Source: Pyrodictium abyssi
Lineage (GTDB): Archaea > Thermoproteota > Thermoprotei_A > Sulfolobales > Pyrodictiaceae
Length of the DNA: 32,000 nucleotides
Reading direction: 5' to 3'
Assembly: GCF_036323395.1 (NCBI RefSeq)
Contig: NZ_AP028907.1
Span: 150,001-182,000, forward strand
Part shown: positions 12,300-23,339 of the stretch, piece after piece
Layout: the number at the start of each line of letters is the position of its first letter
Numbering within the stretch: the stretch's first letter is position 1
Made by a program: the position numbers and the translations under genes
Notes under the pieces: generated by a model
Seen by the model: only the letters and a program-made list of their open reading frames with translations
Told to the model about the DNA's origin: nothing
Databases searched by the model: none

Positions 12300-15200
12300 T
12301 TACTCACCCTGGGGCCTCCACTCGTGCTTAGGCGCGAGGCGGAGCCTGGGCATTACACACATGCTCATCATCTCCTGGAGGAGGAGCTTGAAGGCGTAGG
12401 GCACCGTGACGGCCGAGATCTTGCCGCGGTCGCCGTGCACCGGGCATATATACTTCCTCTTGTTGCGGTCGAACCACGCTATGTGGCCACACTTCTCGCA
12501 GACGTACATCACGTAGCGGTCGCTGCTCTCTAGCATACGCTCGCGTAGCAGCATAGCCGCGCCATGGCCTATGAGACAGTCGCGCTCCATCTCACCGAAC
12601 CTTAGACCGCCCTCGCGCGCACGGCCCTCGGTGGGCTGCCTTGTCAGCACCTGGACTGGGCCCCTGGCGCGTGCATGCATCTTGTCTGCTACCATGTGGT
12701 GTAGCTTCTGGTAGTACACTACACCGATGAGTATCGGGTTGCGGAGCAGCTCTCCGGTACGGCCGTCATACATGAGCTCGGTACCGTCGGGCGCGTAACC
12801 AGCCTTCAGTAGCTCTATCTTGAGGTTCTCGACCGGCTCCTTAGCGAAGGGTGTACCATCGACCAGTCGCCCATATACTGCCGCGTACTTGCCCGCTATA
12901 GCCTCGAAGAGCTGGCCCAGGGTCATTCGCGATGGGAATGCGTGCGGGTTGATTATGAGGTCCGGCGATATACCGTCCTCGGTGAATGGCATGTCGTACT
13001 GCGGGATTAGCATACCTATTACGCCCTTCTGGCCGTGGCGCGACGCGAACTTGTCGCCCAGCTCTGGTATACGCTGGTCACGGACACGCACCTTGATGAG
13101 TTTGAAGCCCTCTATGTTCTCTGTGAGTATCACTGTGTCCACGAAGCCCTTCTCGCCATGCCTCATTGTCACGGATGTGTCGCGGCGCCTGACGGATACT
13201 GTGCCGAACTCGCGGTACTCCTCCATGAATCTCGGCGGGCTAGTCTTGCCTATCAGCACCTCACCGCCAGTCACCTCTACCTCTGGGCTTATGATGCCGT
13301 CTGCGTCGAGCTTACGGTACATCTCCGGCGGCTTAGAGCCCTCTACGTTGGCTTCGGGCTTCTCTACCTTGTCGCTGAGGCCTCCAGCATAGCGGCGCTC
13401 TTCCGTAACGTAGAGGCGGAAGAAGGTTGAGCGTGCCAGGCCGCGCTCTATTGACGACTTGTTCATGATTATAGCGTCCTCGATGTTGTAGCCGGTGAAC
13501 GACATTACTGCTACTATCATGTTCTGCCCGGCCGGGCGGTCGTTGAAGCCTATCACGTCTAGTGTACGTGTCTGCACTAGCGGCTTCTCGGGATAGTGTA
13601 GCAAGTGTGCGCGGGTGTCTACACGTATCTGGTAGTTGGCGGCGTAGAGGCCTAGTGCCTGCTTGGCCATTGCCGCTTGGTAGGTGTTACGTGGCGACTG
13701 GTTGTGCTCGGCATAGGGTATGGTGCTCGCTGTTACGCCCACTATTGCTGCAGGCCATATCTCCATGTGGGTGTGCTCTGGCGTTAGGTCCTCTGGGTTG
13801 AGTGCTATGTAACTGTTCTCTTCCTCATCGGCATCCAGTAGCTCTACTATGCCGTGGCGTAGGAGGTCTGTGAACCTCCACTCGCCTCTGCGTAGCTTCT
13901 CGGCGTGCTCTGGGCTGTATACTAGCTTGCCGTTTTCGACTACGAAGACTGGGCGTAGTATGCGGCCCTGATCTGTGTTTATATATACCTCGTTGATGTG
14001 CTCGGTCTTGTATACGGAGACGTTAACGTCGGGAGGTATCTTGCCGCTACGTCTTAGCCTGCGTATCTCCTGGGCTAGTGTCTCGCCGTCTGGGTGGTAG
14101 CCGATGAGCTTACCGTTGAGGAACACTTTGCTCCACTGTTGCAGCTCTGGCGGGTAGTATCCTACCTTGCGTACCTCATTGAATATCTCTACTGCGTCGC
14201 GTACACCCATATCGTAGAGGATTTTCTCTACTTCCTCCTCACTTACACCGGGAGACACGTAGGACATCAGCGAGAGATTCTTGACGAGACCACAGTTGGG
14301 GCCTTCGGGGGTCTCGAATGGACATATCCTGCCCCACTGCGTGCCATGGACGTCACGGGCCTCGAAGTGCGGCTGGCTACGGCTCAGCTGCGAGACTACA
14401 CGGCGGAGATGGCTCAACATTGATAGCCAGTTTGTACGGTCTAGTATCTGGCTTACGCCGGTGCGCTGGCCAGGCCAGTTACCCGTCGCGAGTGCCTCGC
14501 GGAGGCGGTTGGTTATTATGTCAGAGCGTATAACCATGCGGACGCTTACATGCCTGCCGCGTGCACGTAGCTTCTCTAGCTGCTGTCTTACATCGTAAGC
14601 TAGAGCCCTCATAGCTATACGGAACACCATAGCTATGAGGTCGCCTGCGAGTAGGACACGCTTGTTGGCATAGTGGTCCTTGTCGTCCTCGCCGCGGCGT
14701 CCAAGCACGTACTCGAGTAGCTTTGCGGCCATCTGGCCGAGGAAGAGCGCCTTCTGTAGACGGGCTTCCGGCTTTGTGCCTATGTGGGGTAACAGTATGT
14801 AGTCGAGGACTCTCTCAGCTACACGTATACGCTGCTCGCGCGGCTTACCGATACCCTCGCGGAACCTGCTACCTATGAAGTCTAGTGCATCCTCTACAGT
14901 GTTTATTGCACGTGCTTGCTCTAGGGAGGGTATGAGCATCTGCTGTATCTGGGGGTCAGGGCTTATTGCCAGGACTATGTCACGGTCGCTCTCGAGGCCT
15001 AGGGCGCGCATGAGAATTATGAAAGGTATCTTGCTGAGGGCGCGACTCATTGAGACGTGTAGTGTACCGTCCTTGTGCATGTCGAGGATGAGCTGGTAGC
15101 GTACGCCAGCATGCGAGGATATGACCTTGGCCGTGTACACTGCGCTACCAGTACCAGCCCTGGCCTTACCCACGAGTATCCTGTTGAGAGCTTGATCCTC

Positions 15201-15731
15201 CTGGATGACTACCACACGCTCAGAGCCGTTGATTATAAAGTAGCCTCCGGGGTCGCGGGGGTCCTCTCCCGCCTCTATTAGTATACGCTCACACTCCTCT
15301 CTTGGGCCGCCCTCGTAGAAGCACTTTGCTAGCGGGTCGGCCTTGGAGCGTAGCATTACCGGGAGGAAACCGAGGATTATGTCCTCCGGTTCACGCTCTA
15401 TACCGTTCTCGACTATCACAACCTTGGCTTTTATCGGCGCTGCGTACGTTAGGTCGCGGATCCGACACTCCATGGGCGTTACCGGGTGCTCGCTCCCATC
15501 GCTCTCCATAACCATTGGCTCGCCTAGCTCTACGTCTACTATGCGTACCTCGTACTCTCGTCTAGGTGTCGCTATTACTCCAAACTCCTTCACTATCTCC
15601 TTGAGCTCTTTCTCGACGAACCTGTTATACGAGTCTATGTGCTGCTTGACAAGCCCAAACTCGTCGATAAACGCCTTCATTACAAGCCATCTATCCTCTA
15701 CCGTGGGGAATGTTGCCTGAGCCAGTATCAA
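12300..15731 (-). CDS. rpoB: DNA-directed RNA polymerase subunit B
   Basis: 1143 aa single-chain B subunit; [15 protein letters not shown] and C-terminal zinc motif [23 protein letters not shown]. Confidence 0.99.
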   Translation of the reverse strand: MILAQATFPTVEDRWLVMKAFIDEFGLVKQHIDSYNRFVEKELKEIVKEFGVIATPRREYEVRIVDVELGEPMVMESDGSEHPVTPMECRIRDLTYAAPIKAKVVIVENGIEREPEDIILGFLPVMLRSKADPLAKCFYEGGPREECERILIEAGEDPRDPGGYFIINGSERVVVIQEDQALNRILVGKARAGTGSAVYTAKVISSHAGVRYQLILDMHKDGTLHVSMSRALSKIPFIILMRALGLESDRDIVLAISPDPQIQQMLIPSLEQARAINTVEDALDFIGSRFREGIGKPREQRIRVAERVLDYILLPHIGTKPEARLQKALFLGQMAAKLLEYVLGRRGEDDKDHYANKRVLLAGDLIAMVFRIAMRALAYDVRQQLEKLRARGRHVSVRMVIRSDIITNRLREALATGNWPGQRTGVSQILDRTNWLSMLSHLRRVVSQLSRSQPHFEARDVHGTQWGRICPFETPEGPNCGLVKNLSLMSYVSPGVSEEEVEKILYDMGVRDAVEIFNEVRKVGYYPPELQQWSKVFLNGKLIGYHPDGETLAQEIRRLRRSGKIPPDVNVSVYKTEHINEVYINTDQGRILRPVFVVENGKLVYSPEHAEKLRRGEWRFTDLLRHGIVELLDADEEENSYIALNPEDLTPEHTHMEIWPAAIVGVTASTIPYAEHNQSPRNTYQAAMAKQALGLYAANYQIRVDTRAHLLHYPEKPLVQTRTLDVIGFNDRPAGQNMIVAVMSFTGYNIEDAIIMNKSSIERGLARSTFFRLYVTEERRYAGGLSDKVEKPEANVEGSKPPEMYRKLDADGIISPEVEVTGGEVLIGKTSPPRFMEEYREFGTVSVRRRDTSVTMRHGEKGFVDTVILTENIEGFKLIKVRVRDQRIPELGDKFASRHGQKGVIGMLIPQYDMPFTEDGISPDLIINPHAFPSRMTLGQLFEAIAGKYAAVYGRLVDGTPFAKEPVENLKIELLKAGYAPDGTELMYDGRTGELLRNPILIGVVYYQKLHHMVADKMHARARGPVQVLTRQPTEGRAREGGLRFGEMERDCLIGHGAAMLLRERMLESSDRYVMYVCEKCGHIAWFDRNKRKYICPVHGDRGKISAVTVPYAFKLLLQEMMSMCVMPRLRLAPKHEWRPQGE

Positions 15732-15824
15732 TCACCCCTTTCAGCGTTATGGAGCAGGTTAAGCGAGAGCATGGATGATGACAAAACACAGTAGATACAA
15801 GCTAGCATACTACGTGTCACCGCC

Positions 15825-16076
15825 TTAGTAGCCCACAACATAGCGGTAGACTACTACCTCGCCGGAGGTAGGGCTCTTCCTATAAATCCTTACAATGTCG
15901 CCGGGTTTAGCCCCTATAGCCCTGGCTACAGGGTCAGTCACACGTAGCCAGGGCAACTGTTCGGGCCTTATACCGAGTTCACGTAGTATACGAGCCGCCT
16001 CGTGGGGAGGCACAACCTCGTGCCGAGGAACAAGCTCGTGCTCGAGTATGTTGAATTTCTTCTTCTGCCGCGCCAT
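15825..16076 (-). CDS. rpoH: DNA-directed RNA polymerase subunit H
   Basis: Track ORF 15825..16109; probable start [21 protein letters not shown]; [22 protein letters not shown]-like signature, immediately upstream of rpoB. Confidence 0.95.
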   Translation of the reverse strand: MARQKKKFNILEHELVPRHEVVPPHEAARILRELGIRPEQLPWLRVTDPVARAIGAKPGDIVRIYRKSPTSGEVVVYRYVVGY

Positions 16077-16159
16077 AACCGCCACCCCATATAAGGAGGC
16101 TAGAAACATTACGGGAGTAGCACGTATCTTTGGCGTCTATTACCGATGTGCCTGGTCAG

Positions 16160-16318
16160 TTAGCGGAGGCGGACTCTATTCACCTTCTTGTTCATCCACG
16201 AGTAGCGGCGTAGCCTCCTACTCCTCCCATAGCCGCATGCAGCGCAGTACCCCTTGGCTGCATGGTAAGAGTGTCGCCCACAACGCGGGCACCGTATATG
16301 TGTGTAGTTCTTGCTCAT
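16160..16318 (-). CDS. rpl37e: 50S ribosomal protein L37e
   Basis: [41 protein letters not shown]: two CxxC pairs with an eL37 pattern. Confidence 0.92.
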   Translation of the reverse strand: MSKNYTHIRCPRCGRHSYHAAKGYCAACGYGRSRRLRRYSWMNKKVNRVRLR

Positions 16319-16401
16319 TTTACCGAAGGAAGGAGTACCCTTACTCACGGCACACACCTCCGTACTACTGGGATATGATGCTCCATAAGCATCTAGACGC
16401 C

Positions 16402-16629
16402 TTAGAACTGGGCCGGCGATATGAGAAGCACCGTGTCGCCACGTATCACTATAGTCCCCAGCTTTCTCGTGCGACCATCCTCGTATACTTCCTCAGCGTC
16501 TTCTAGCACAAGGTTCAGATGCTGGTCATAGCTCTTGAGCTTACCCCTGACCTCGTTCGCATCCTTCAGCTTTACTAGGACTATGCTACCTATGTTGTCC
16601 CCGAGAACACGGTGCGTCGTCTCGGCCAT
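16402..16629 (-). CDS. LSm/Sm-like archaeal RNA-binding protein
   Basis: 75 aa; [32 protein letters not shown] (Sm1) and [12 protein letters not shown] (Sm2); next to L37e. Confidence 0.93.
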   Translation of the reverse strand: MAETTHRVLGDNIGSIVLVKLKDANEVRGKLKSYDQHLNLVLEDAEEVYEDGRTRKLGTIVIRGDTVLLISPAQF

Positions 16630-16720
16630 CCCGCTGCTGCACCCCAGGCAGGGGCAAACTCAGGGGGCTTTATAGGGAATTCTCTCCCTACCTCCTTTAG
16701 CATTGGATGGTGGCTAAGCG

Positions 16721-17206
16721 GTGCGTAGATGGGTGCTCTCCAAGAAGGATAGGAAACAGCTAGTGAAGCAGTTGACAGAACTATATCCCCGCCTCGATGT
16801 GTCGCTTATAAACGACGTTGAGATCGTCGTCGAAGACGATATCAAGCTATACATAGTCAATAACATCCCCACGTTTATAGATATAGACGGTATGTTAATT
16901 CCACACCTTAAACTGCTACTACGCCACGGCTATAGGGAATGGCTGCCGTACATCGTGGTAGACCAGGGGGCTGTTAGGCCTATATCCCGTGGAGCGGACT
17001 TGATGAGACCAGGCATACAGGAAATACCCACAGAGTTTGAGAGAAACTCCGTAGTCGTCATAGCTGAGCCTTCGAGACAGTTACCGCTAGCCGTACACCA
17101 GTCCCTCTATAGCAGCCAAGAAATAGCCGCTATGGAGAAGGGGAGAGTCACAAAGAAGCTGCATAACCTGGGAGACCGCTTCTGGAAGTTCGCGGAAACG
17201 CTTTAG
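16721..17206 (+). CDS. PUA-domain RNA-binding protein (MCT-1-like)
   Basis: 161 aa; C-terminal LPYIVVDQGAVRPISRGADLMRPGI matches a PUA domain. Confidence 0.85.
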   Translation: MRRWVLSKKDRKQLVKQLTELYPRLDVSLINDVEIVVEDDIKLYIVNNIPTFIDIDGMLIPHLKLLLRHGYREWLPYIVVDQGAVRPISRGADLMRPGIQEIPTEFERNSVVVIAEPSRQLPLAVHQSLYSSQEIAAMEKGRVTKKLHNLGDRFWKFAETL

Positions 17207-19149
17207 GCGTGCCCGGCTACGTGGAGCGAATCGAGTACTGACGGTGTGTATACGCGCACGTCCGGTAAGCCTAGGTGTTTACTCTTCCTTCTTATTGCCT
17301 CGGCTAGAGAGTGTATCGCCTGGGGCTCACCGTGGTTTAGTATTATGTTCTTTGGCTTTGGCTTTATGTTGGCTAGGAACGCGAGCAGCTGACGTCGGTC
17401 AGAGTGGCCCGAGAATCCGTCTATCGACTTTACTTCCATGTTTATCTTAACTAGCTCTAGCCTACCGTCATCACCCACCATTGTTATCTCGCGTTCACCG
17501 TCGAGTATCCTTCTGCCCAGGGTTCCCTTTGCCTGGTAGCTTACGAATACGAGTGTGTTCTTTGGGTCGTTTGCAAGCATTCGTAGATACTCTACGGAGG
17601 GGCCACCGTTCAACATACCAGCCGTTGCCAGTATAACCGCTGGCTCGTCCGACTTGGCAATATCTTCGCGCATTTGTTTACCCTCTACACGTATGACGTT
17701 CTCGTGGTCAAATGGGTTCTCGTCACGCAGTATACGTGATCTCACCTGCGCTGATAGCAGCTCGGGGTAGGTCAGGTGTATCGCTGTCACCTCGCGTATA
17801 CTGCCATCTATGTACACCTTTGTCTCCTTGGGGAGAAGTTTCCGGTTAAGCGCGTCCACAAGCACTAGTAGTATCTCCTGCGCACGACCAACAGCCATTA
17901 CAGGTATGAGCACCTTACCCTTCCTTGCTATTGTGCGGCTTATCGTACTTATCAGCTCTAGCTCGGCAACATCCCTGCGAGGCTGATCCCTATCGCCGTA
18001 GGTGCTCTCCATTATCAACGTCTCTATGCGCGGGAACACTGTGTTAGCTTTGTCTAGTAGCCTTGTCCTACCGAACTTGAAGTCGCCCGTATAGACTATG
18101 TTGTGCAGACCTTCACCCACATGTAGATGCGCCATTGCCGAGCCTAGTATGTGGCCAGCATTGTAGAACGTGAGCTTGATATCCGGCGCTATGTCAGTTA
18201 CCTCGCCATAGTCGAGAGGTATAGTGTGCAGTATCATCTTCTTTACTTCGAGCTGTGTGTATGGCGGCTTCTGGTTACCACGCTGCATTATGTCCAGGAG
18301 GTCTAGCTGGAGAAGCACCATTAGGTCTCTTGTGGGCTTTGTCACGTATACTGGGCCCCGGTAGCCGTACTTGAAGAGGTATGGTACGAGTCCCATATGG
18401 TCTAGATGGGCGTGCGTCACTACTACTGCATCTAGTTCCTCTGGCTTTAGCTGCTCTATGTCAAGGCGTGGATAGAAGCTGAATCCGTCTCCACCTGGGT
18501 TTATACCGACGTCGAGCAGGACGCGGCTTTCACCTGTCTCTACAAGTATTGCTGAGCGGCCAACCTCCATAAAGCCTCCAAGGCCTGTTATCCTGACGTA
18601 CCGGTTCTCGAATATTACTCCACGGTGTATACGCTCGCCGCTTCTTCTTAGGAAGTTTAACCGATAGCTACTCTGCGACAACATGTAGTCTATTATCTTG
18701 TTGAGCGTGTCCAAGTCGCGTTGGTCTACTGGCGGCACCCTTACCACGTTCAGCCGCCATCCCGTCTCCGCTAGAATCTTGTTGTATATGGAGCGGCCCT
18801 TACCGTAGACTAGGCCTACTTTATGCGCTTTTACTATGACCTCGCCTAGAACATCGTCAAACTTTATCTCCTTTATCCCAGCCTCAGCCGGGACGAGTTG
18901 CTTGATTATCTCTTCAGTCTCCTTCTTACTTCTACGTATGGACGGGTCTGTACGTATTACTATACGCTTCTTTAGCTTTTTAGCAATATCTCTTGCTATC
19001 TCTGGATGCTCTGCAAGTATCTTAGGATTCCTTATATATATAGCTATCTCTGGACCCTCAAACTCTATACGCGATATCTGCACATCTTTAGGCATAAGTT
19101 GCGACATTATTGTCAGTACTATGTTCTTTACCTCGCTCCTCTTGTACAA
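17203..19149 (-). CDS. KH-MBL-beta-CASP ribonuclease (aCPSF1 family)
   Basis: 648 aa; HAHLDHMG, ESTYGDRDQPRRDV, GHILGSAMAH, SGHSDRRQLLAF and N-terminal KH-like region. Confidence 0.95.
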   Translation of the reverse strand: MYKRSEVKNIVLTIMSQLMPKDVQISRIEFEGPEIAIYIRNPKILAEHPEIARDIAKKLKKRIVIRTDPSIRRSKKETEEIIKQLVPAEAGIKEIKFDDVLGEVIVKAHKVGLVYGKGRSIYNKILAETGWRLNVVRVPPVDQRDLDTLNKIIDYMLSQSSYRLNFLRRSGERIHRGVIFENRYVRITGLGGFMEVGRSAILVETGESRVLLDVGINPGGDGFSFYPRLDIEQLKPEELDAVVVTHAHLDHMGLVPYLFKYGYRGPVYVTKPTRDLMVLLQLDLLDIMQRGNQKPPYTQLEVKKMILHTIPLDYGEVTDIAPDIKLTFYNAGHILGSAMAHLHVGEGLHNIVYTGDFKFGRTRLLDKANTVFPRIETLIMESTYGDRDQPRRDVAELELISTISRTIARKGKVLIPVMAVGRAQEILLVLVDALNRKLLPKETKVYIDGSIREVTAIHLTYPELLSAQVRSRILRDENPFDHENVIRVEGKQMREDIAKSDEPAVILATAGMLNGGPSVEYLRMLANDPKNTLVFVSYQAKGTLGRRILDGEREITMVGDDGRLELVKINMEVKSIDGFSGHSDRRQLLAFLANIKPKPKNIILNHGEPQAIHSLAEAIRRKSKHLGLPDVRVYTPSVLDSLHVAGHA

Positions 19150-19746
19150 CCCTCAGTTGCACCTCTCATGTACATAGTGCTCAATACATTAGGCTCAACA
19201 GCAGAGCCATGACACGTGAATAGTATCATGAACAACTGTATGGATGACCGTTGATGGAAATTGTGATATCCATTCACATGCTACCATGCCCACAACACCT
19301 AACCAGCATTACCGCACCAGCGTGGACGGCTATCATAGGGCCTATCTGCGCCTCCATTGCAGCCTTCATAACCCGGCTACCTCCAGAGCTTACAGAACTC
19401 TAGAGCAGCGATACGACTACCTCATAGTGAGCCAGATACGCGGATAGGCTGGCCAAGTGTAACCCCTATCACCTTTGCCCTGTTGTTGGGCTATGTACGC
19501 GGGGTAACTGGGATTACTCGAGCGCAGCGGATGAGCGTCTCTTGTGTTTCTTGGTTACACGGGTTCCTGGTACAGTAATCAATATGTTTCATAACATGCC
19601 ACTAAAATCTTAAGACTTGGGAGCTTAAACTTGAGGGTGTAGGGTATTAATCGCGTAAGAGAGCCTGGCACCATAATATTTCCAGCTCAGCTCTCCAGGT
19701 ATTATGTTTTACCCCAGGGATACTCCTCCTTGCGTTATGCACTGCT

Positions 19747-20421
19747 TTATGCTTTTTGCTTCTCGAGCTGTAGGGCCTCTGCTATTGTGTAGCGGTATTC
19801 TTTGAAGACGTCCTTTCCTATAACCACAATGTCTATGCCGTTGCCGCTAAAGGCGTCCCTTCTTGTGGCCGATAGTACCGCTCGTCGTGCAAGGTCTACC
19901 GCTTGTTCCACATCCATGTTTTCGTCATAACCATCCTCTATGACGCCTATAGCCGTAGGTGATCCGGAGCCCGTTGCTACATACTTCTCCTCTGTCACAC
20001 TGCCGTACCAATCAATGCTATAAAGTCTAGGTTGTGTATCGTACCCGCCGAGCAGCAGCTGAACTATATAGGGGAAGAACCTTGAAGAGTGCAGTATCGT
20101 TGCTAGGTACTGTGCTGCCGCGTGTACACTGAGCTTCTTCCTAGCTATCATGGCATAGTAGTGTGCGTGGTTTGATAGCCACTCTGCTAGTACCTGTGCG
20201 TCCGCCACGAGTCCTGCAGTGGTCATAGCCATATAGTCGGTCACTCTTATTATCTTACGTGTATGCTTATGAGCCACGTAGTAGCCTGCTGTAGCCCTTC
20301 TATCTGCTGCAAGGACTACATAGTCCTTCAGACGTATACCCACGGTCGTCGTACCATGGAGGCTCTTCTCGAGGGCTACAGTTATCCTATCTTCCGGGTT
20401 CACTAGGCCTCTGTGTATCAA
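19747..20421 (-). CDS. psmB: Proteasome beta subunit (catalytically competent)
   Basis: 224 aa; propeptide ending ...SLHG|TTTVGIRLKDYVVLAADRRATAG with conserved Thr1, Asp17 and Lys33. Confidence 0.96.
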   Translation of the reverse strand: MIHRGLVNPEDRITVALEKSLHGTTTVGIRLKDYVVLAADRRATAGYYVAHKHTRKIIRVTDYMAMTTAGLVADAQVLAEWLSNHAHYYAMIARKKLSVHAAAQYLATILHSSRFFPYIVQLLLGGYDTQPRLYSIDWYGSVTEEKYVATGSGSPTAIGVIEDGYDENMDVEQAVDLARRAVLSATRRDAFSGNGIDIVVIGKDVFKEYRYTIAEALQLEKQKA

Positions 20422-20516
20422 TACCTCTCTACCGTCTACGCTTATGCGGCTGGGCGGGAGTTTAATATTATTCCACGGAGGGCAGTGCCGCTAGCGGCAC
20501 GCGAGGATAGAGGCCC

Positions 20517-21566
20517 TTGCTGCACCCTATAGAGCTTCCACTAAAGATAGTTATTGGCGATAACGCTCTCAGAGCTATACCGAGCCTACTCGAAGAGCTT
20601 GGCGTCAAAGGAGAGAGTATAGTAGTTATCTCCGGGCCGAATGTATGGAGCAAGTTTGGCGATAGGCTTCGATCCGTACTCGAGGACGTCGTCGAGTTCG
20701 AGAAACTCGATGCCCTACAGGCTAGCACTGTGTATGCCGAACAGCTCAGCGAGGAGGTTCGCGAATACTCTCCCCGCCTTGTGGTAGGCTTTGGCGGGGG
20801 TAAATCAATAGACCTCGCAAAGTATGTCGCGTACAAACTCCATCTACCAATGGTAAGTATTCCGACGAGTCCTTCCCACGATGGCATAGCGTCGCCATTT
20901 ACATCACTTAAGGGGCTCAACAAACCGTTCTCTATACGGACAACCACTCCCGTAGCAATAGTAGCCGATATAGACATTATGTCTTCTGCACCGATACGCC
21001 TTATAAGGGCGGGCGCGGGCGACCTTGTCGCCAAGCTAACAGCTATTAGGGACTGGAGGCTTGCACATAGGCTCAAAGGAGAATACTATGGCGAGTATGC
21101 TGCTAAGCTCGCTCTCCTTTCTGCTAAACATGTCATAGAGTATGCAGCAGAGATAGGACGGGGAGCGAAGGAGGCTATTAGGGTACTAGTAGAGGGGCTA
21201 GTGAGCAGCAGTGTGGCAATGTGTATTGCTGGCTCTACTAGGCCTGCTAGCGGCTCAGAACACTTGTTCAGCCATGCACTAGACCTGCTAGCGCCCGGCA
21301 AAGCCCTCCACGGCGAACAAGTGGCCCTCGGCACGATAATGATGATGTACCTCCATGGTGGAAACTGGAAACGCGTTAGGAACACTCTGCTAAAGCTCGG
21401 TCTCCCGGTAAGAGCACGCGACCTAGGCATAGAGGATGAGCTGGTTATTAAAGCCCTCACTATTGCCCATAAGCTTAGGCCTAGCAGGTATACTATACTT
21501 GGCGAGACCGGGCTAACTTGGGAAGCAGCGGAAAGGCTTGCAAGGATAACAGGAGTTATAGACTAG
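20517..21566 (+). CDS. egsA: Glycerol-1-phosphate dehydrogenase [NAD(P)+]
   Basis: 349 aa; VGFGGGKSIDLAKYVAYKLHLPMVSIPTSPSHDGIASPFTSL signature. Confidence 0.95.
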   Translation: MLHPIELPLKIVIGDNALRAIPSLLEELGVKGESIVVISGPNVWSKFGDRLRSVLEDVVEFEKLDALQASTVYAEQLSEEVREYSPRLVVGFGGGKSIDLAKYVAYKLHLPMVSIPTSPSHDGIASPFTSLKGLNKPFSIRTTTPVAIVADIDIMSSAPIRLIRAGAGDLVAKLTAIRDWRLAHRLKGEYYGEYAAKLALLSAKHVIEYAAEIGRGAKEAIRVLVEGLVSSSVAMCIAGSTRPASGSEHLFSHALDLLAPGKALHGEQVALGTIMMMYLHGGNWKRVRNTLLKLGLPVRARDLGIEDELVIKALTIAHKLRPSRYTILGETGLTWEAAERLARITGVID

Positions 21567-21580
21567 CCTCTGTCAGAACG

Positions 21581-22339
21581 CTAAGCTTGGCCCGCTATGA
21601 AGCCATCAAGACGCTTTATTCCTTTCTTTAGCTGGCTTGGCTTCAACACGCCACGGTCAAGTTGCCGCGCTATATGCTTAGATATCCTATCAGCATAGTG
21701 GGTAGGCAAGGGTAGTTTTGTACCGAGAATCATCTCCATGGCTACGCGCAACGCCGAGTCAAGGTCTATACCGGCTCCCGGGCTAACATATATGGGCGCT
21801 CTAGACCTCTTGTTAGACACAACAAGGTAGGCAAGCTTGTAACCGTTCTCATCTACAAGGTATCCTACTATACACGGATACTCGATACATTGACTAACTC
21901 CTCTAACATGTACCTCATCTCCATAGAGTTTCTTCTTAGCTACTCCAATGCTAGGTTTGCCTAGAGCTAGTCCTATGTGTGTGGCTATACCAGCTCTTCT
22001 CGGGTGCGATATCCCGTGCCCATCGACTACTACCAGGTCGAAATCATGCCCGAGGCTCTGCAGTGCCGTGTATAGTAATGGTGCCTCGCGGAACGCTAGG
22101 AGCCCGGGTATGTACTCGAGCCTCGGCTCCCCTACAGCAACGGAATAATCGACTAACTGTTTGCTCTCAAAATCGACTAGCGTTGCGACAGCCACGCCAC
22201 CATACGTACGCGAGTAGGCCACATCCAAGCCTACAACATGCTTTGGGGTGACCCTAAGCGGTTTAATTGTATCTAGTGCTCTCTTGGCAATTCTCTTCTG
22301 GACGTCTATCAGTTTCTCTACGCTTCCGTAGGCTCTCAT
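21581..22339 (-). CDS. nfi: Endonuclease V
   Basis: 252 aa; VVGLDVAYSR.., VDGHGISHPRRAGIATHIG, LGKPSIGVAKKKLYG. Confidence 0.95.
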   Translation of the reverse strand: MRAYGSVEKLIDVQKRIAKRALDTIKPLRVTPKHVVGLDVAYSRTYGGVAVATLVDFESKQLVDYSVAVGEPRLEYIPGLLAFREAPLLYTALQSLGHDFDLVVVDGHGISHPRRAGIATHIGLALGKPSIGVAKKKLYGDEVHVRGVSQCIEYPCIVGYLVDENGYKLAYLVVSNKRSRAPIYVSPGAGIDLDSALRVAMEMILGTKLPLPTHYADRISKHIARQLDRGVLKPSQLKKGIKRLDGFIAGQA

Positions 22340-22527
22340 GGCGGGACCTCATGTCCTGATTCCCGTCATATCATGCATCGAGGCTTTTTATGAGTGTAAC
22401 ATGTATCTCTTGTCTACGTAATTGCAGGGCTAGTATTTTAGGACTTTAATATACGTGTGGCCCACTAGCCCTCTCTAGCCTTCTACCTGGGCGATGCTGA
22501 TACAAGCGCTTGTAGTTATGGCTGAGG

Positions 22528-23145
22528 CTACAGTCTTATAGACTCCTCCTTCGCTTCTACACGGTCATCTATCCTTCTTATCACTAGCAAGTCTATGCCA
22601 TCACCGGAGATTGCATCACGTTCTATAGCTGCTCTTATAGCCGCAATGGCGAGTTTTCTTGCAGACTCTACGTCTATGTCCTTGCTGTACCCGTTTTCAA
22701 GTATGCCTATAGCTATTGGAGCGCCGGATCCTATTGCCGCGTAGTCATCCTCTATAAGGGAACCTACTGGATCCATTACGTATAGCCTAGCTACGCCATC
22801 TGGCTCTATACCCCCTATAAGGGTCTCCGAGAGGAGGGGGAAGTACTTGTTGGCATAGAGTATGTTTGCAAGAAGCTTTGCAGCAGCCCTTACACTCATA
22901 CGCCTACCCATCATCAAGCTGTGGTACTCCATCTCTGCCTTGAGAATCTTGCTTATCGCCTGCATGTCCGCGAATAGACCAGCCATGGCTATTCCTAGGT
23001 AGTCTGTTATCTTGTATACCTTTTTACCGGATTTACTTACCACGAACCCACCGTAGCTTACACGTTTCTCAGCTGCTAGTACGACGAAGCCTTCGCCACG
23101 TATACCGATAGCCGTTGCACCGATACCGTACTCGTGGTAGCTCAT
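22528..23145 (-). CDS. psmB: Proteasome beta subunit paralogue lacking the Thr1 nucleophile
   Basis: 205 aa; beta fold throughout (SVRAAAKLLANILYANKYFPLLSETLIGG) but N-terminus reads GIG-ATAIGI...LAAEKRVS instead of G-TTTVGI...LAADRR. Confidence 0.93.
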   Translation of the reverse strand: MSYHEYGIGATAIGIRGEGFVVLAAEKRVSYGGFVVSKSGKKVYKITDYLGIAMAGLFADMQAISKILKAEMEYHSLMMGRRMSVRAAAKLLANILYANKYFPLLSETLIGGIEPDGVARLYVMDPVGSLIEDDYAAIGSGAPIAIGILENGYSKDIDVESARKLAIAAIRAAIERDAISGDGIDLLVIRRIDDRVEAKEESIRL

Positions 23146-23339
23146 ATTGTCTCTAACACCCCATGAACTACCGTGTATACATGGGTTAAATGGTATTCGC
23201 TAAAAATGCTGGAACAGTACCAGCCCCACCAAGCATCAATCATTACTTTCGGTTTACTCGGGGCCATACGTGTATTTGCTTGCTGCAACCACTTTATGGA
23301 GGCACACAGCGGCCTAGCACCCACGGGGTGCCCTATCTC

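Noticed and set aside
12820-13430. Long antisense ORFs in rpoB (12820..13392, 13035..13430, 15343..15720) and in EF-1A, rpoA and alaS
   Set aside because: They mirror strongly conserved coding frames on the other strand; no start context or family signature.
15775-15800. ATGATGA box in the rpoB-rpoH gap (ggatgatgacaaaac)
   Set aside because: No CUGA D box at proper distance; likely chance.
19244-19447. 67-aa ORF MTVDGNCDIHSHATMPTT...
   Set aside because: Weak composition, no recognisable motif, not supported by neighbouring gene structure; kept only as part of the gap finding.
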